64,000 nucleotides of DNA from the NCBI GenBank assembly GCA_963839705.1, contig CAWIWL010000013.1, positions 453,950 to 517,949 of the forward strand, in the 5' to 3' direction. The position numbers and the translations under genes were made by a program. Origin of the DNA: an uncultured Acidobacteriota bacterium (GTDB taxonomy: Bacteria; Acidobacteriota; Vicinamibacteria; Vicinamibacterales; 2-12-FULL-66-21). This document shows, piece by piece, positions 59,691-64,000 of this stretch (positions within the stretch are counted from its first letter, which is position 1; each line of letters starts with the position of its first letter). A model generated the notes under the pieces. It was given only the letters and a program-made list of their open reading frames with translations, searched no databases and had not been told where the DNA came from.

Positions 59691-60770
59691 TCACCCGATC
59701 ACACGAAACTCGCCCGCCACGCCTGTCGCGTGGGGCGCAGGAGATTCGGCGCCAACCCAATGGAAGCGGGCATCGAGCTGCTCGGCGTCGACGAGCCGCT
59801 CGAGTTGTCTGAGGCGCGTGAACGTGGGCGCGTTGAAGGTCTGGGCCGACAATCCGATCCGCTCAAAGATGTGCCTGAGCTCATCCGCGCCCATACTTGC
59901 GGTGCGGCGACACTGGAATCCGGGCAGCGTCGTCGCAATCTTGTCGAAATTGACGCGGTAACTCCTCGTGTCGCCGTTCGGTGGTCCGACCACCAACGCA
60001 CAGCCGGGAAAGGTCCGCGCCACGATTTCCGCAACTTCGATCACGCGATAGTTCTCGTCGTTGTGTCCGACATTGAATATCTGGTTGTGGACGGCTCGGC
60101 GCGGCGCGTCAAGAGTGCTGGCAATCGCTTCGCAGATGTCGAGGATGTGGACAAGCGGGCGCCAGGCACTCCCATCGCTGTTTAGCACGATCCGGCCTTC
60201 AGTCCAAGCACAGCCGGCAAGGTTGTTCAGGACGATGTCGAAGCGCATCGAAGGACTCGGTCCGTAAGCGGTCGCGTTCCGAAGGAACGTGGGGGAGAAA
60301 TCCGCGTCCGCCATCTCGGAGAGACTCCGTTCGACAAGCACCTTGCAGCGTGCGTAGGCGGTCTGGGGATCGACGGCGGACTCCTCCGTTCGAGCCCCGT
60401 CCACGCCTGCTCCATACACGCTGCAGGAGGACGTATACACGAATCGAGATACGCGAGCGGCCTTGCACAGTCGAGCTAGCGCAACCGTGCCGAGGTGATT
60501 AATCTCATAGGTCACGTCCGGTCGAAACTGCCCTGCGGGATCGTTCGACAACTCGGCCAGATGCACGACCGCATCGCAACCGGCCACGTCACTTGCGGTC
60601 ATTCTGCGGATGTCCTTCCTGAGCACCCGTGTGCTGTGGGGGTCCGCGTAGAGCGTCTGATCGCTGTAGTAGCCGGTATCGAGCCCAGTGATGCCGTGGC
60701 CACGCGCCTGGAGCACGTTGACGAGCCTGCGCCCGATATACCCTTCCATGCCGGTAACGAGCACCTGCAT
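59691..60770 (-). CDS. NAD-dependent epimerase/dehydratase (extended SDR)
   Basis: VLVTGMEGYIGRRLV (GxxGxxG), SSCSVYG, and catalytic YARCK. Confidence 0.85.
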   Translation of the reverse strand: MQVLVTGMEGYIGRRLVNVLQARGHGITGLDTGYYSDQTLYADPHSTRVLRKDIRRMTASDVAGCDAVVHLAELSNDPAGQFRPDVTYEINHLGTVALARLCKAARVSRFVYTSSCSVYGAGVDGARTEESAVDPQTAYARCKVLVERSLSEMADADFSPTFLRNATAYGPSPSMRFDIVLNNLAGCAWTEGRIVLNSDGSAWRPLVHILDICEAIASTLDAPRRAVHNQIFNVGHNDENYRVIEVAEIVARTFPGCALVVGPPNGDTRSYRVNFDKIATTLPGFQCRRTASMGADELRHIFERIGLSAQTFNAPTFTRLRQLERLVDAEQLDARFHWVGAESPAPHATGVAGEFRVIG

Positions 60771-60772
60771 CG

Positions 60773-61576
60773 TCAGACCCTGGATTCACAGGCAGTGCGA
60801 TCGCCGCTCCAGACGTTCCACGGCGCTCGGCCCGACGCCCACAGGGCTTCGAGCATCTGCTTTTCTCTCAACGTGTCCATGCACGACCAAAAGCCGTAGT
60901 GGCGGTAGCCCATGAGCTCGCCGTCCCGGACAAGCCTCTCGATCGGCTCGCGCTCCCAGGCCGTACTGTCTGAATCGATGTAGTCGAGGGCTTTCGTGTT
61001 GAGCACGAAATAGCCGCCACTGATCCAGCCTTCGCTGAGTTCTGGCTTTTCGTAGAACTCCCGCACCTGATTCCCCTCGAATCCGATACGTCCGAATCGC
61101 GCGGGGGTGCGAACGGTGGTCACGCTCGCAAGTCTGCCGTGGGAGTGATGGAACTCGAGCAGCTGTCGAATGTCGATGTCGCCAACACCGTCTCCGTACG
61201 TGAGGAAGAACGTCTCGTCGTTGGCGAGCCATTGGCGGAGACGCTTCAGGCGGCCACCGGTCTCAGTCGTGAGCCCGGTATCGACCAGGTGCACTCGCCA
61301 TGCCGGGTGCTGTCCATCGTGGACCGTCGTTTGGCCAGTACCCAGATCGATCGAAAGGTCGTTGTTAATCGCATAAAAGTTCAGGAAGTACTTCTTGATC
61401 ATCTCGCCCTTGTAACCGAGAGCGATGATGAACTCGGTAATCCCATTGGCGGCGTAGATGTTCATGATGTGCCAGAGCATCGGTCGGCCGCCGACTTCGA
61501 CCATTGGTTTCGGTCGAAACGCCGTTTCCTCCGCCAGTCGTGACCCGAGTCCGCCGGCCAGAATGACCACTTTCAT
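60773..61576 (-). CDS. rfbF: Glucose-1-phosphate cytidylyltransferase
   Basis: MKVVILAGGLGSRLAEETAFRPKPMVEVGGRPMLWHIMNIYAANGITEFIIALGYKG...GGYFVL...FWSCMDTLREK is collinear with RfbF. Confidence 0.9.
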   Translation of the reverse strand: MKVVILAGGLGSRLAEETAFRPKPMVEVGGRPMLWHIMNIYAANGITEFIIALGYKGEMIKKYFLNFYAINNDLSIDLGTGQTTVHDGQHPAWRVHLVDTGLTTETGGRLKRLRQWLANDETFFLTYGDGVGDIDIRQLLEFHHSHGRLASVTTVRTPARFGRIGFEGNQVREFYEKPELSEGWISGGYFVLNTKALDYIDSDSTAWEREPIERLVRDGELMGYRHYGFWSCMDTLREKQMLEALWASGRAPWNVWSGDRTACESRV

Positions 61577-62119
61577 ACGAGAGCGTCCCCCCTTTTGGCG
61601 TGCCGCAGCCCCCTCGACCGGACCATGGGCGTCCACGGCCCTTCAGCAAATCGCTGACCATGTTGTCGAGCGAGGTCACCTCCCAAATACGCTGGAAAGG
61701 GGAACTGATCCGTCGAGCGCTTTTTCCATGCTGTGGCGCCCGCTCCACAAAGTCACACTTTCGACGAGACTAAATGGCAAACTCCTGGGCCCACGGTAAA
61801 GACGCGTGGCCAGGCGCGTTTCCACGCGAGCCCCTAACCTCATCAATTGGACGGGCCGACGCCGGACCAAGCTCTTCAGTAGTTCAAGACTCCAGCCCGG
61901 CCGACGCAATGCTTCATGAGGAGTCTTGCATTCCGCTGGCGGGGAGTGATTCCACCGGCAACGAGAACCGCGAGATTCTCCGGTCGTGCAAGGGTGGCAC
62001 GAGATTGGCTCAGGGATACTTGACGTTGCCCGCTGGACCGCCACCTCGAAGCACGGCCGGAGCGTGCGAAGGGTCAACCGGCCAGTGCGGTCTACATCCA
62101 CGTATACGGAGGATATTCG

Positions 62120-63397
62120 GTGAGCCAAGCGGCGGTGACATTCGACTGCGTGTGGAAGAGGTTTCGCCGGGGCGAGCGTCACGACAGCCTGCGAGACCTC
62201 GTGCCGGCTCTGGCCAGGCGTGTCTTCCGACGTGGCGTCCGATCAGAACTCGCCGACGAGGAATTCTGGGCGGTTCGCGACGTCTCCTTCCACGTCGGCG
62301 CCGGCGAGGCCTTCGGGATAATCGGCCCCAACGGCGCTGGTAAGTCAACCATCCTGAAGCTGCTCACGAAGATCCTCAAGCCAACCCGCGGCCAGTGCCC
62401 GGTCCGCGGCCGGGTCGCGGCCTTGATTGAAGTGGCGGCCGGGTTTCACCCCGATCTCACCGGGCGTGAGAACGTCTATCTTCAGGGCGCGGTGATGGGT
62501 ATGAAACGCGATGAGATTGCGCGGAGGCTTGACGAGATCGTTGATTTCGCCGAAGTGGACGAATTCATCGATACGCCCGTCAAGCGATACAGTTCGGGGA
62601 TGAACGCACGACTCGGATTCTCGATCGCCGCGCATCTGGACCCCGACGTGCTGATCATCGACGAAGTGCTCTCGGTCGGCGATCAGGGGTTTCAGCAAAA
62701 ATGCCAGGCGCGGATGGAGCACTTCCGAGATCGAGGCGTGGCCATCGTATTTGTCTCGCATCAACTGCCTGCCGTTCTGCAGTTGTGCCGTAATGCGCTG
62801 CTGCTGGATCACGGCCGCACTGCGGCGGTTGGCTCGAGCGCCGAAGTCGTCGCTCACTATTGCGCACAGTCCGTCGCGCACGGCGACGGCGCCGCGGCTT
62901 CAGTGATTGCCCGGGTGAGGGGCGGCGACGAGAATGGCGCCCCCGACGGAGTATTGCCGCTCACACCCGGCGCAAGAGTCAGAGTGGATGTCGAGGTGCA
63001 GTTCCGTGCCCACGTGGCCGCCGCGGTAGTGGGCCTCGTCGTTTGGGAGTCGGCCGGGAACCTCGCTGTCTATGCCTCGAGCTCAGACCGGCTCGGTATT
63101 CGACCATTTCGAGCCAAACCTGGCGACTCCGTGTCATTGGAATTCTCGTTCATCGCCAATCTCACCCGCGGGCTCTATGCCATCGAGGTGGACGTGTTCG
63201 ACTTGCAACGCCAGACGCAACTGGCGGTGATGAGGCGCAAGCCGTTCAGCATCACCGAAGGGATCTCTCAATTCGGTCTGGCGAATCTCTATCCTTCGTG
63301 TCGCGAGGTCGGCGGTGGCGTGGACGGTTCCGACCTGGACAACGCCCGAACCGCACGCGTAGATGAGGTCGCCGCTGTCGCTCGGTTTGAACGGTGA
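62120..63397 (+). CDS. wzt: Polysaccharide/O-antigen ABC exporter ATP-binding protein (Wzt/TagH-like) with a C-terminal extra domain
   Basis: Walker A GPNGAGKST, signature YSSGMNARLGFS, Walker B VLIIDEVLSVGD. About 170 aa of additional C-terminal beta-rich domain. Confidence 0.85.
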   Translation: MSQAAVTFDCVWKRFRRGERHDSLRDLVPALARRVFRRGVRSELADEEFWAVRDVSFHVGAGEAFGIIGPNGAGKSTILKLLTKILKPTRGQCPVRGRVAALIEVAAGFHPDLTGRENVYLQGAVMGMKRDEIARRLDEIVDFAEVDEFIDTPVKRYSSGMNARLGFSIAAHLDPDVLIIDEVLSVGDQGFQQKCQARMEHFRDRGVAIVFVSHQLPAVLQLCRNALLLDHGRTAAVGSSAEVVAHYCAQSVAHGDGAAASVIARVRGGDENGAPDGVLPLTPGARVRVDVEVQFRAHVAAAVVGLVVWESAGNLAVYASSSDRLGIRPFRAKPGDSVSLEFSFIANLTRGLYAIEVDVFDLQRQTQLAVMRRKPFSITEGISQFGLANLYPSCREVGGGVDGSDLDNARTARVDEVAAVARFER

Positions 63398-64000
63398 TGG
63401 AATCAAGATTTGCCCGCTTACGGCGCCACGTGTCGGAGATGATGCTCGAGCAGGTGGAGTACCGCGAGCTGCTGTGGCAGATGACTGTTCGGGATCTCCT
63501 TCTTCGTTACAAGCAAACAGTCATGGGATACGGCTGGGCGATCTTCACGCCAGTGGTCAATACCGTGATTTTCACGGTCATCTTCACGCGAGTGGCGCCA
63601 ATCGCGACGGAAGGACCGTACCCACTTTACGCCTACTGCGGCTTGCTGCCGTGGAGCTTTTTTGCCTCCTCACTGAAGTTTGCCGCGAGCTCGCTGACCG
63701 CGAACACCAATCTCGTGACGAAAGTGTACTTCCCGCGGGAGAGCCTCGCGTTCTCCGCGGTGCTGGTGTCGTTTGTCGACTTCCTCGTCGCCTCGACCGT
63801 GCTCGTCGGCATGATGATCTACTTTCAGGTTGACGTTTCTGCCTCCGTTCTGTTCCTGCCGATTCTGCTCCTGATCCAGATTGCGTTCACGGCCGGGCTC
63901 GCGCTCATCTTGGCGATGGCCAATCTGTACTACAGAGATGTGAAGTATATTTTTGAAATCGTGGTGACGTTCTGGATGTTCGCAACTCCGGTCCTCTATC
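63397..64000 (+). CDS. wzm: ABC-2 type polysaccharide exporter permease (Wzm/TagG-like), 3'-truncated by the window end
   Basis: Absent from the ORF track because no stop lies within the window. ATG 63397 overlaps the wzt stop (TGATG). My translation is MESRFARLRRHVSEMMLEQVEYRELLWQMTVRDLLLRYKQTVMGYGWAIFTPVVNTVIFTVIF...KVYFPRE...ANLYYRDVKYIFEIVVTFWMFATPVLY. Confidence 0.8.
   Translation, partial: MESRFARLRRHVSEMMLEQVEYRELLWQMTVRDLLLRYKQTVMGYGWAIFTPVVNTVIFTVIFTRVAPIATEGPYPLYAYCGLLPWSFFASSLKFAASSLTANTNLVTKVYFPRESLAFSAVLVSFVDFLVASTVLVGMMIYFQVDVSASVLFLPILLLIQIAFTAGLALILAMANLYYRDVKYIFEIVVTFWMFATPVLY

Noticed and set aside
61676-62182. 168-aa minus-strand ORF and 61774-62343(+) ORF in the rfbF/wzt divergent region
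   Set aside because: The translations are low-complexity, with no start context or motif, and both overlap the wzt start. I treat the region as non-coding pending homology search.

Overview
High-GC, gene-dense chromosomal segment with about 50 protein-coding genes. I found no rRNA, tRNA or CRISPR array. The gene content looks Acidobacteria-like, but this is inference from families only: three orphan duplicated MacB/FtsX-type (ADOP-like) permeases, one coupled to a PadR regulator; an acidobacterial-type VWA protein; a CarboxypepD_reg-type TonB-dependent receptor; and many Sec/Tat-exported hydrolases. The bulk is housekeeping or scavenging genes: argG, arfB, an Lhr-type helicase, an RhlE-like DEAD-box helicase, M20/M42 peptidases, phosphoesterases and dehydrogenases. 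The right third (about 45-64 kb) has visibly more A/T-ending codons and looks accessory. It holds a HupE/UreJ protein, two tandem NHL-propeller paralogues, a signal-less tyrosinase followed by a HEAT-repeat/SCO1-SenC-like fusion protein and a quinone-oxidoreductase-type enzyme, an IS91-family transposase plus tyrosine recombinase module, and a polysaccharide cluster (rfbF, epimerase/dehydratase, SGNH protein, FAD oxidoreductase, wzt-wzm). The most interesting candidate system is the tyrosinase + HEAT/SCO pair. Non-coding DNA is unusually structured. It contains GTAG-hairpin REP-like elements with compensatory stem variants and nested insertions, heptanucleotide-repeat inverted arrays directly upstream of arfB and the DEAD-box helicase, and a 3x 26-bp palindrome array between two divergent permease genes. 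At least seven otherwise intact genes carry single-nucleotide frame breaks, and the five apparent insertions all sit in short C or G runs, so assembly indel error must be excluded before calling them pseudogenes. Everything here comes from reading the sequence and the ORF track. No database search, GC calculation or folding was run, and start codons are approximate.
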